Made by a program: the position numbers and the translations under genes. A DNA stretch of 63,804 nt, the filler included, from Octopus bimaculoides (Eukaryota), in assembly GCF_001194135.2 (NCBI RefSeq). It is 8 parts of 7 records of this genome, joined end to end, with 100 filler letters (N's around TTAATTAATTAA, not from the genome) between each part and the next. Parts side by side here need not be neighbours in the genome. Positions count along the whole stretch, not along the records: positions 1 to 28,482 come from NC_068981.1; 7 more parts are not named here. One strand, written 5' to 3'. Positions 1-13,562 of the stretch are shown here, piece by piece. Under the pieces are notes generated by a model. That model was given only the letters and a program-made list of their open reading frames with translations, ran no database searches and was not told the origin of the DNA. Positions within the stretch are counted from its first letter, which is position 1, and the number at the start of each line of letters is the position of its first letter.

Positions 1-604
1 ATATATATATATATATATATATACACACGTATATACGTACATAGATAAATACATAAACTGTTAACTTATGTAAATATAACAATATATATTTACGCATATT
101 TATATGAATACATTTTTTTATATATATTCAATGAGTTTGTATACATATATACACACAAACGCACCACACTCCCCATACACACACACACAAACGTGTGTGT
201 GCCTGTGTGTGTTTGTGTGTGTCTATGGGTGAGATTGGATAAAGTTGTATCCCAAATTAGTTTTCTTTATTTTTTCTATGCTAAGTAATATTTACATGGT
301 TTAACAATAGGATGAATATATTTATTTCCTAACAAGGCTCGAAGGTATGATTCTAGAATCACCATATTTCATTCATAATGTTAAGGAAAACTTTTATGAA
401 AAGTATGAAATAAAACTGTATAGGAATTTAATTCAATCCTAGTTAAAATATCTCTATCTGTATACATGATCGCGGAGCAAACATATGCCTTCATATAAGG
501 AACACCAAGTAATCTAAAATTATAGAAATATATGATGAGATTTCGATTACATTCATAGATACATTAGTACTCTCATATATGTATATACACATATGTGCAT
601 GTAG

Positions 605-766
605 GTAGGAGTGGCTGTGTGGTAAGTAACTTGCTTACAAACCGCATGGTCTCGGGTTCAGTCCCATTCCGTTGTACCTTGGGCAAGTGTCTTCAACTAT
701 AGCCTCGGGCCAACCAAAGCCTTGTGAGTGAATTTGGTAGACGAAAACTTAAAAGAAGCCCGTCGT
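605..766 (+). mobile_element. SINE family A, 5' half (tRNA-like head plus CORE-like ccttgggcaagtg), running into (TA)n
   Basis: A-box gtggctgtgtgg and B-box ggttcagtccc; matches the copies at 26219, 41633, 42995 and 51940. Confidence 0.85.
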
Positions 767-1017
767 GTATATATATATATATATATNNNNNNNNNNNNNN
801 NNNNNNNNNNNNNNNNNNNNNNNNNNNNNNNNNNNNNNNNNNNNNNNNNNNNNNNNNNNNNNNNNNNNNNNNNNNNNNNNNNNNNNNNNNNNNNNNNNNN
901 NNNNNNNNNNNNNNNNNNNNNNNNNNNNNNNNNNNNNNNNNNNNNNNNNNNNNNNNNNNNNNNNNNNNNNNNNNNNNNNNNNNNNNNNNNNNNNNNNNNN
1001 NNNNNNNNNNNNNNNNN

Positions 1018-1140
<123 letters not shown>

Positions 1141-1445
1141 AGTCGTATTTAAAATATAGTAGTGAAATTTTAAAATTGCATATAGAGGTATTCAAAACGT
1201 ATAGAATTGTATTGCAAATTTAAACAAATCTGTCAAAGATAGATAGATAGATAGATGGATAGGTAGATAGATAGATAGATTTATCTTAGTATAAATAAAA
1301 ATAGTGTATATATGGGTGCTTCTCTCCGTGAATATCTAATTATGCGCGTGTCGTTGTTAGTGTAGTAGATGTAAATAATTGTTATTGTAATCAAACAATA
1401 ATTCATTTGAATTATAAATGGTACATGAATGGCGCATAGTAAATA

Positions 1446-1484
<39 letters not shown>

Positions 1485-1911
1485 GAACGTGTGAAGGGAG
1501 CTTTTGTGTAGGTGTGTATGCATATATAAATAAATATTTATACTTAATTAGTGCGTTTCATTGTTACTAATTTATTATTTATTGCTGCTAAAGTATATTA
1601 TATGCACTCTCTATTAATGGAAATCAGTGACTAAAGAATTGAAATGTTTATATACATATAATTATTTATATGCAAAGTAAACACCCACATGCAGACACAC
1701 ACAAACACACACACAAACACTCACACGCGCGCGCGCACACACACACACGCAAACACACACATACACTGACACATATAGACATATGTATATACCTACTTCT
1801 ATGTATGTGCATGTATATATATTTAGATATATAGATATAGTCAAATATATATGTATACATATATATACATAGATTACATATATATAACAATATATGTATG
1901 TGTGTGTATGC

Positions 1912-1996
<85 letters not shown>

Positions 1997-2665
1997 TATA
2001 TATATATAAAAGAATACATATATACACATATTCAACATGAAACTTTTTGAGTATTTATATGTACATCAATATATTTGGATGTACAACACATGCACACGCA
2101 AAAAAGTTTGTATGTATATTTATACATACATCTTTGACAGTGCGGGCGTATGCTTGTACGTGTGTGTGTGTACGTGTGTTTGTGTGTGTATGTGTGTTTG
2201 TGCATGAATGTGTGTACTTGTGTGTGTTCATATGAAGAGATATATGCATACCTCTAATTTCTCTCGTTAAAATGTTTCGGCGACAACATAGATGCACCTG
2301 ATCGTGTTATCATTATTTCATCCGTTAATAAATGTGAGGTTCAATGAAATAGAGAAAAGTTAAGAGATTTCATGTGATTAAAGAGAAAAGGAGACATATG
2401 AGGAATAACGATTTACGTTCCACTAATTTCACACACATCAAAACCATGACAGTTATGTAAATAATAAACAACTGGTGATAATAAGTAAGAATAATTGCAT
2501 AAAACAATTTCTGGAATGATTTCACTTAGACGGTAATATGTTTCTCAATTGTAAATTATTTTCAGTGGCTAAATATCGACCCCAGCAGCAGGTAGATATA
2601 TGCATACGGGTATCAATAAATATATGATTGCAGATATATTCAACTACATTTACATGTATATATAT

Positions 2666-2751
<86 letters not shown>

Positions 2752-3676
2752 NNNNNNNNNNNNNNNNNNNNNNNNNNNNNNNNNNNNNNNNNNNNNNNNN
2801 NNNNNNNNNNNNNNNNNNNNNNNNNNNNNNNNNNNNNNNNNNNNNNNNNNNNNNNNNNNNNNNNNNNNNNNNNNNNNNNNNNNNNNNNNNNNNNNNNNNN
2901 NNNNNNNNNNNNNNNNNNNNNNNNNNNNNNNNNNNNNNNNNNNNNNNNNNNNNNNNNNNNNNNNNNNNNNNNNNNNNNNNNNNNNNNNNNNNNNNNNNNN
3001 NNNNNNNNNNNNNNNNNNNNNNNNNNNNNNNNNNNNNNNNNNNNNNNNNNNNNNNNNNNNNNNNNNNNNNNNNNNNNNNNNNNNNNNNNNNNNNNNNNNN
3101 NNNNNNNNNNNNNNNNNNNNNNNNNNNNNNNNNNNNNNNNNNNNNNNNNNNNNNNNNNNNNNNNNNNNNNNNNNNNNNNNNNNNNNNNNNNNNNNNNNNN
3201 NNNNNNNNNNNNNNNNNNNNNNNNNNNNNNNNNNNNNNNNNNNNNNNNNNNNNNNNNNNNNNNNNNNNNNNNNNNNNNNNNNNNNNNNNNNNNNNNNNNN
3301 NNNNNNNNNNNNNNNNNNNNNNNNNNNNNNNNNNNNNNNNNNNNNNNNNNNNNNNNNNNNNNNNNNNNNNNNNNNNNNNNNNNNNNNNNNNNNNNNNNNN
3401 NNNNNNNNNNNNNNNNNNNNNNNNNNNNNNNNNNNNNNNNNNNNNNNNNNNNNNNNNNNNNNNNNNNNNNNNNNNNNNNNNNNNNNNNNNNNNNNNNNNN
3501 NNNNNNNNNNNNNNNNNNNNNNNNNNNNNNNNNNNNNNNNNNNNNNNNNNNNNNNNNNNNNNNNNNNNNNNNNNNNNNNNNNNNNNNNNNNNNNNNNNNN
3601 NNNNNNNNNNNNNNNNNNNNNNNNNNNNNNNNNNNNNNNNNNNNNNNNNNNNNNNNNNNNNNNNNNNNNNNNNNNN

Positions 3677-3774
<98 letters not shown>

Positions 3775-4510
3775 CACACCTAACTATATATGTGCATATA
3801 TCATTATGCATATTTAAATATAACCGAGAACATATTAATACATACACCTGTAAACATACCTTTGCACAAACACACACACGCGCACACGTCATCACACAAA
3901 CAGACATATATACATATGTGTGTGTACGTGTATAAATTTATGCATACGTAACTGACACAAACACATACATGTGAGTGCGTAGAGGTATATCTACATCTAT
4001 CCAACTATTTATATATACATATGTACACACAAACATAGACACGCACACATGTAGTTATATATGTATATAGTTTTATTTATATATATTATATTGGCGTAGA
4101 CATATATAAATATTTCGTGTTATTTTTTGTTGAGTACATATGTAAGGGCATATGTGTGTGCTGGTCTCAATTCCATATGTAAGCATTGGAAATAAATATA
4201 TTAATTTCTACGTAAATCTAAGAACTTTGAAATACTGCGATTTTGTACGCGAAAATCATTGTACTATAAAAGAATGCAGATGAATATAAGAAATATATTT
4301 GTTGCTTTGATGTAAAACAATCTGAAATATTGGAGAGATTAAAGTAACATATATAAAGAATTTGTGTCAGATGCGTTGAAACGAAGCCTTGGAGATATAT
4401 ATGTATGTAGTGAGATTGATAAACATCCAAATAGAAATCAATATACAAATACTTCTTTTCAGATATTTTTACATAAATGCATGCATATAAACATATATGC
4501 GTAACTACAC

Positions 4511-4665
<155 letters not shown>

Positions 4666-5019
4666 TAAATATGTATATATATATATACACAGGCACATGA
4701 ATACACGTATACTCATATATGAATATATGTATATATGTGGGTTTGTGTTGGCGTGTGTGTGTGCAATTGTATGTTTCAACGTGTATGTATTAATATATTC
4801 TATATATATCCATGCATATACATGCATTCATATATATAGGTAAAAATACACACACAAATGTATATGTTCAACGCAATCCTTATATCATATTAAATTCATT
4901 TATGTGTTGTGAATGTGTGTTGTGAATTGTGTGTGAAAGCAATTGTGTCTATATGTATGAATATATATATATATATATGTATACTTATATATATGTATGT
5001 ATGTGCATATGTGTATGCA

Positions 5020-5077
<58 letters not shown>

Positions 5078-6179
5078 CATATACATTGTTATATATATAT
5101 GTAACATGTATGTGTGTGTGTATTAAAACAGAAATTTAATAGATAATCTTTTTTGTGACTTGTTTCGTATATGTTTATTTTCAAAGATCCATATATATAT
5201 ATATATATATATATTTCATGTATATCATGTATATAATTCACGCACACGCACATGCACAAAAACACACACGCGCGCGCATATACACACCCACACACACATC
5301 CACACTCATACATATATTACAATAAGTTAGGTAATCTTAGAGGGGAGAGCTAGCTGCTATTCAGATATTGTTTTTCTGTAGCGACTTTGTTATTGATGAC
5401 TGGATTCATTGGATCAAATTTGTAAGGATGTACAACTGTGAATGTAGATAAACGAATATACAATCCGAAGAAGCTTTGATACATCGACACACATGCATTT
5501 TCCTTTGAAGAGTGGTACCATATATATAATATTGTTGGGGGATATGTGCTACATGTGCTGATAAAACTCGTTAAAACAATAATTTATATCGACAAAAGCA
5601 ATAGAATTTATAAAATGTCGAGGGTGGAGATTTTTAGAAGATGGCTTATGTACATGACGGGCGAAATGAAGAACAAGATGTTAGGGGGAATTTTAGAAAA
5701 GGATGTGAAAGAAACAATAGGAATGGTATATATGATGTCTGGTTGCCACATGTCTTTATGATGTGAATGCGAAATAGAAGAACATTTGTGAAACTGAGAA
5801 AACGGGGACGTGTAAATGGAAATTAAGTCTTTGGGCGTATGATATAAGTAGTAAATAAAAAAAAAGGCGTGGATGTATACGTTTCGGTGCATACCACCTT
5901 TATATATTTGTGAGGAAAAAATATTTCATGTGTACAAACGTAAAATGGGTATTGCAAATAGCTCGTCCGTTTGGTAACCTGATCGGAGTACACACTCTTA
6001 GACATGCATACTCACACACACACAGATACACACGCACACACACACACAGACACACACACACACACACACCCACTGACATATATCTATGTATGTATATAAA
6101 GTATTACTGATTTTTATATTTACGTATGTTTTTCATATATACATATATATATATATAAATGTGTGTATCTCTCTCACTT

Positions 6180-6210
<31 letters not shown>

Positions 6211-6718
6211 NNNNNNNNNNTATATATATATATATATATATATTTATGTATATATATATAGACATATTATATATATACACACACAGGCACATATATTGAT
6301 AAATAGATAGATAGATAGATAGAGAGAGAGATAGATAGATAGATAGATACATACATACATACATACATACATACATAGATCATGTTTGTGCATTTATGTA
6401 AGTGGAAATGAAATATGCGTAATAAATGTATAATAAAATAATATAATCTTTCATATGCACATACATACTTAGGTGCACAGCTGTGTGCATGTATACATTT
6501 AGTCACATAATAGCTATTGAATATACTTAATATAAAATGTATAGGGATTAGGGCTTGTTCATTCGTAAATGCATACATACACACATACACAGACACACAG
6601 ACACACATACACACACACACACACACACTTACACACACATATATTCGTACGTATATAAACACAATCACACTCACACACAAACATATATACGTACATATAT
6701 AAACACAATCACACACAC

Positions 6719-6876
6719 CATGGGCGGCCTGTGCCATCGGTCAATCGGACACTTCCAGAGGGTCCAGAGCTCTGAGGGGCCCGCACTCTACATATTAAGT
6801 CTACTAAAACACACATTGAAAGGGTCCCGGTGGACACTTATGCCCGATGGCCCTTAAGACTCTCAGTCCGCCCCCG
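6719..6876. mobile_element. hAT-type MITE in an (AC)n tract
   Basis: Imperfect 13-bp TIRs catgggcggcctg / cagtccgcccccg (10/13), sub-terminal gccatcgg/ccgatggc, and 8-bp acacacac on both flanks. Confidence 0.55.
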
Positions 6877-8125
6877 ACACACACATATATACAAAGTCAC
6901 ATATATATTTATATGCCTATTCTTAGATTAGATGTGTATAAAAATATATAGAAATATATATTTAATATTGCTTGTGTGTGTATATGTATATATATATATA
7001 TATATGTATGTATATATCTGTATATATATATATATACATGCATATATATATATATATATATATATANNNNNNNNNNNNNNNNNNNNNNNNNNNNNNNNNN
7101 NNNNNNNNNNNNNNNNNNNNNNNNNNNNNNNNNNNNNNNNNNNNNNNNNNNNNNNNNNNNNNNNNNNNNNNNNNNNNNNNNNNNNNNNNNNNNNNNNNNN
7201 NNNNNNNNNNNNNNNNNNNNNNNNNNNNNNNNNNNNNNNNNNNNNNNNNNNNNNNNNNNNNNNNNNNNNNNNNNNNNNNNNNNNNNNNNNNNNNNNNNNN
7301 NNNNNNNNNNNNNNNNNNNNNNNNNNNNNNNNNNNNNNNNNNNNNNNNNNNNNNNNNNNNNNNNNNNNNNNNNNNNNNNNNNNNNNNNNNNNNNNNNNNN
7401 NNNNNNNNNNNNNNNNNNNNNNNNNNNNNNNNNNNNNNNNNNNNNNNNNNNNNNNNNNNTATATATATATATATATATGTGTGTATGTATATGTATGTAT
7501 ATGTGCTGGCATTTTTGTCTAATTACATTGAAATTATATTGTATGCAGAACGGAACTGCTTAGCCGGAAGCTCGACGTTTAATTTTTTTTTTTTAGACGT
7601 GTAGAGTATCACATCTATAGGAGTGTTACTAGTGTGTATCTCAGTTTCAATGTGATTTAGTTATATACACCTATATTTAGGTGAGCGTTGACACTTTCGC
7701 TCTACATTCATGAGGTCCTACTTTGACTCATTACATGTTTTTACGTATGTTTTCTCAGATCCGAAATTCATCTAAAAACTTCTGAGTGAATTTCTGTAGA
7801 AGCCCCACGATAAGGTGTACCTGAAATTTAAGAGCCTTATCGTTATTACATATTGTGTCCTACTGATTAGTGATTTTAGAATTACAGAAAATGTACAAAG
7901 GACCCAGGGCAACACTTTGGTATAAACGTATAACTACATGTCTTCTTCTTATTCGCTGTGTTGAGCTTTTACTGCAATGTTGAAACATGGATCATATTCC
8001 TCCAATTGAAACACTTCACTGTCGGATTTCTCATATGGGATTTCCATTTCTATGCTTCATACAATTATTTGTATTGGTTGTGCAAAGCCAGTACAAAAGA
8101 ATAAGAGAATTAATATAATGTTGAC

Positions 8126-8184
<59 letters not shown>

Positions 8185-8192
8185 TAATAATG

Positions 8193-8245
<53 letters not shown>

Positions 8246-8248
<3 letters not shown>

Positions 8249-8588
8249 CTAAAAACAGAAATAATTCCTAATCTAAAAACAGAAACAATTCCTAATCTAA
8301 AAACAGAAACAATTCCTATCATAGTAGGTGCCTTAGGTATAATAAAAAAATATTCAGACAAATACATAACAAAAACACCAGGACTTACAAATATATATAA
8401 CATACAGAAAATTGCACTACTGGGCACTGCACACATCCTACGCAAAACACTTTCAATACAGTAACCATAAGAGCATCACAGCAAACCACAGCACATTCCC
8501 AAGGCGTACAGAGCTGCGCTCGGTAGTGAAGTGAAAGCACATTATAAAAATAAAACTACTGAACAATAATAATAATAATAATAATAAT
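8246..8588 (+). mobile_element. 5'-truncated R4/Dong-clade LINE 3' end inserted in (TAA)n
   Basis: Frame NLKTETIPIIVGALGIIKKYSDKYITKTPGLTNIYNIQKIALLGTAHILRKTLSIQ* (stop 8462-8464) matches the R4/Dong C-terminus. Short 3' UTR, (TAA)n on both sides. Confidence 0.8.
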
Positions 8589-8911
8589 AGTACTAGTAGT
8601 TTTTCCTTTATTGTTAACGTTCGTCATAGATTTTAACTTGAAATAGCCCCACACCTTAATGTAACACGTTTGTTGTTTTCTTATATATTTCTCCTTTCAA
8701 ATATTGTCCTCATTATCTTGGACCCTCGATAACAATTTAAAGAATTTTTATTACCATTTTAGTTTCATAAATTCGTCATATTTTCTCACAAATTGACTAA
8801 ACCATAAAAGAGCTTTACAACGAAATGGTTCGTGGTATTACATTAAACTTAGCATTTTACTTGCACTTGTTTTTATTGAATCCAACCCAGTCATTATATG
8901 AGACAAAGATA

Positions 8912-9102
8912 AACTCGGAGAGATAAGTAAAGCATTCTGTTTGCTACGGTTTCAGGCCGTACGCCTATTCTTATTCCGCTGATGTCGACTTCGCCTTTTA
9001 TCCTTTCGTGGTCAATAAAATAAGTACTAGTTAAATACTGGGATCGATACAGTAGACTTACTCCCTACCCCCAAAATTACTGGTCTGGTGCAGACATTTG
9101 AA
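8912..9102 (+). mobile_element. Degenerate SINE family B (Deu/Nin-like central domain)
   Basis: gtcgacttcgccttttatcctttcgtggtcaataaaataagtact matches the copy at 36687. Confidence 0.65.
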
Positions 9103-9127
9103 ACTAGTATCATTATCATTATTATTA

Positions 9128-9617
9128 AGAGAGCAACGCATGCCATCAAAGTGACACTGGGGTACAATTATACGAAACCCTATAAACTTCTCATGACTAC
9201 CCGTCTGATAGGAGTACACCTGGCACATGCATCAAAACCACAGCTTATGACCTTATCTTCAAGTTGAGGAGCTCAACACACTCAAAAGGTCACTGAATAA
9301 GTTTTGTTTAAGGATGATGAACGAAACACCCATGTTTCCAGAGGTGAATTATTCAAACCCCAAAGAATTCTTCTCAATACATGGCTATGATGCTCTCCGG
9401 CTAATTCTGCTCGTGATCAGAGATGCTCATATCGTCAGCCACCAACGGACATGCTCAGCTGGTTATAGTCAAACAACTGACAAGCAAATCTGTGGTAATG
9501 AGCAGAATATTTGGTGTAGCCCATCTTTTATATACCAAGACAAAACAATGCACATGATAACACGTCCAATCAGTTAATATCAGAAGCTATGAGAGCCACT
9601 GCCTTGTGATGCATCAT
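9128..9617 (-). mobile_element. SINE family E body
   Basis: 9300-9617 is the reverse complement of about 48940-49250; adjoins (ATT)n. Confidence 0.8.
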
Positions 9618-9836
<219 letters not shown>

Positions 9837-10054
9837 AATATAGTTACTTGCCATTAATGAGGGGACATTACAAGGACGTATTATTACATCGATGTGGGTT
9901 GAGGTGTGGTTACTTAGAATCGAGGATGAGAAAACAAACCATATTAATAATGAAGTTGGTAAAGTGCACGTGCAAGAAAGTACGGATAGAAAGTACACCA
10001 GCACACACGCGTAGATATTCATAAATCTAAAATAATACCTCTGCATGCGTGGTA

Positions 10055-10090
<36 letters not shown>

Positions 10091-10406
10091 ATGTGTGTGT
10101 ACGTGCGTGTGTATGTGTGTGTGTGTGCATATATTTTTGCGTCAAAACACATTCATATATACATATATACTTATTTGGTCAGTTTGGTAAATAATACAGA
10201 CGAAACTCTCGGCTCTTGAGTCACTTTTCTAGCTTTCTGGTGATTAAAAATAATACACACACCTATACACACATACACACACAGGGTCACGCACACACAC
10301 ATACACATATATATCTCCTTGCATGGCCACAGCCTTTGGGCTGAAACGCATACAAGAATATAAAAATATGAATGTATATATGTATATGAATATATATAAG
10401 AATATG

Positions 10407-10458
<52 letters not shown>

Positions 10459-11265
10459 GTATGTTTATATAAATGAGTACACATTAATATATTTATATAA
10501 TATATATGTAATATACATATCAAATATGTATATGTATATCATACGTATTTATGAAGTATATATATGTATGTATGTATGTATGTACGTATGTGTGTATATG
10601 TATGTTTATATTTATATACATATTTTCATAAGAACATTCACTCACATAGTCATTAAAGACGAATTAATAGTTGTCTCGGTTTGGCTATCATCTCAGCTGT
10701 TAGCACAATTATGAATATGTTATGTGGTGAGTAGTAACATAAAAGAAGACATCATGTTTGTTTTGGATGATATTCATTGCTATATTGCCTTCACTCATGT
10801 TGTTGTTTTTTCCTTACACCTCTCTACATGATAACTGGCTAATTTGTTATTCTTCTTCCTTACAGAGTTGGCTCATCACAATGAATAAATATATTTAAAA
10901 AGCGGTGTTGTATATGTGTAACACACACGAACACACTTCAACACATACTCACTCACTCACAGTTGCATAAACACACAGACATACATTTTACACTCTTTTA
11001 CTAAATGATTCTAAATGCGCGCACACACGTATATATTTATATATAACCTTTTATTAAATGATTATGTAGACTTTGCGTTATGCATTGAGTTCTCTTCCTC
11101 CCATTTGTAATACCTAATATGCATTTCTCTCTGTAACAACATTCATATGCATATGCATATATTCGTGCATACACTTATGTATATATACATGTATGCATGT
11201 ATATATGTATGTATTTATGTATTACTATAGAAACGTACGTACCTATCTATCAATCTATCTATTTA

Positions 11266-11320
<55 letters not shown>

Positions 11321-11387
11321 GTCTGTCTGTCTGTCTGTCTGCTTGTCTGTTACTTTGTCTATCTCTCTATCTGTCTGTCTGTTTGTG

Positions 11388-11450
<63 letters not shown>

Positions 11451-11611
11451 TGCTCTATCAATCGTTCTATTTGTGAATCTACCTGTCTATCTATTTATGT
11501 ATCTAACTATCTCTGTCTCTTTGCGTCTGTCTGATTGTATTTCTCTTTGACTTTCTGTTAGTCTCTTTGTTTGTCTATCTCTCAGTCAATCAATCTATAT
11601 ATCTGTCTATG

Positions 11612-12105
11612 TCTCAACTAAAAGAAAGAGGAGGGCGGCAGAAAAGGTTCAAAGATATTCTGAAAGGCACCTTCAAGGAACGTAATATTGGTTTCAAATG
11701 TTGGCACAAGACCAGCAATTTTGAGGAGGGGATAAGGCGATTTTTACATCGACCTCAGCGGAATTTGAACTCAGAACGTAAAGAAGGACGAAATGGCACG
11801 AAGCATTTTGCACGGCAAGCTAACCATTCTGTAAGCTCGCTGCTTTCATCAAGAAATGTAATATTGATACGGAGAACTAGGTGAAAATGCTCAGGATCGA
11901 GAACGCTGAAGATTCATCATCAAAGAGAGGCTAACAACATTTTAGACCAGTAGGACTGCAGAACAAGAGGAAAAGAGGAGGCGCAGAAGATACAGACCAA
12001 ACAACTGAAAATGTGCCCTCCATCCGGAACCACACATGGAAGAAACTTCCGAGCAAGAATTGGACTCATCACTCACCTCAGAATAAACCAAAGAGTATTT
12101 AAAAA
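11612..12105 (+). mobile_element. RTE (BovB-like) LINE 3' relic, interrupted by a SINE
   Basis: RGGRQKRFKDILK and terminal HGRNFRARIGLITHLR match RTE ORF C-terminal motifs. Confidence 0.7.
11697..11843 (-). mobile_element. SINE family B, internally deleted, inserted in the RTE relic
   Basis: Reverse complement gcgagcttacagaatggttagc...gttctgagttcaaattccgc matches the family B head. Confidence 0.75.
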
Positions 12106-12288
12106 AATGAAAAAAACAAAGACGTTCACTCTTGATCTCGAGGGATATCCACGATAACGATGTTTCTCTTTGTCTGACGGTCTCTCTGACTAGCTCTCTA
12201 TCTACGCTTAATGTCTGTCTGTGTTTCAGTCTTTTCATCAACATAATCTCAACTCAATCTCTCTCTTCTTTCTAGCTCTCTTCTCTCT

Positions 12289-12324
<36 letters not shown>

Positions 12325-13452
12325 TCACTCTCTCTCTCTCTCTCTCTTAATAATGTGTCGGTGCATATCAGTTTTAATTGAGCTACTAAACAATTGACAA
12401 TCAGCGTTCGATACTGGAACGAAGATTCTCAATTTCACTTTATCTCCATGTTTAAACTAGTACTACAAGAGATGCCGGTATGTGATGTGTGTGTGAGTAC
12501 TTATGCAAGTGCATTTNNNNNNNNNNNNNNNNNNNNNNNNNNNNNNNNNNNNNNNNNNNNNNNNNNNNNNNNNNNNNNNNNNNNNNNNNNNNNNNNNNNN
12601 NNNNNNNNNNNNNNNNNNNNNNNNNNNNNNNNNNNNNNNNNNNNNNNNNNNNNNNNNNNNNNNNNNNNNNNNNNNNNNNNNNNNNNNNNNNNNNNNNTAT
12701 ATATATATATATATATATATATAAATACATATATATATATATACATACATACATACACATATATATATATGCATACATACATACATACATACATACACAC
12801 ACATATATACGTGTGTATGTGTATATGTGAGTGTGCAATTCTGAAATTGTAAAAGATCATCAAAAGTTGTGACATAGTCTTTTTCATAGGGAGCTGTAAT
12901 AAATGCGTAAATGAAACTCTTACGTTAACAGCTTTTAATGAGATGGATATTGAGGCAGGAAATTACACATTCGGCGGTAAACTTTTAGCGGAAATCATTT
13001 ATATTTTAGCTCATGTCTTTTTCCTTAAGGTAATTTTAAGAGCTAGATACTGCTGTGGTAAAAATTCAGCCCAAATTCATTGGGATATTAAGTTGTGTTC
13101 CGTTACCTTCTGATTTTGAATGTTATAGTGTTCTTTGTCTAGAATTCTATTAGGTTTGTATTCATAGGTGATACCTTTAGTAGCAGTTATGTAGTTATCT
13201 TAGCATCACTACTATGATATCCATATCCATACACAAACAGTCACACAGAAATGTGTTTCCCATTTAAGATACAAGTAAGAGTACACCTTGCAATCTATAC
13301 ATATATATATATATATATGTATATACATAATAATATATATCTATAAATATGTTTTTGATAGTTTACCACATGTGACAATATTTGCCATAAAATATTTGTT
13401 TAAGCTTGTGATTCAAATATCCTAATGTATTTTAATTTTATCTTTCTTCCAG

Positions 13453-13562
13453 AATGGACCTTATGAAGTAAAAGACAGTCCCGATGGACTTCGTTCTTTG
13501 ACACAGCCAGCATCTTATTTCCCTTATGACCCATCTATGGCAGTTTACCCGTATGGGACGGG
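13453..13562 (+). CDS. Irx: Iroquois (Irx) internal coding exon, pre-homeodomain (NGPYEVKDSPDG...YFPYDPSMAVYPYGTG)
   Basis: Acceptor tctttcttccAG and donor GG|GTAAGT. Open frame with a Y/P-rich Irx-like peptide. Ends in phase 2, which joins the next exon (GG|G TAT GGC). Confidence 0.85.

Noticed and set aside
9314-9577. 87-aa ORF as a possible Irx first exon
   Set aside because: Antisense SINE family E sequence.
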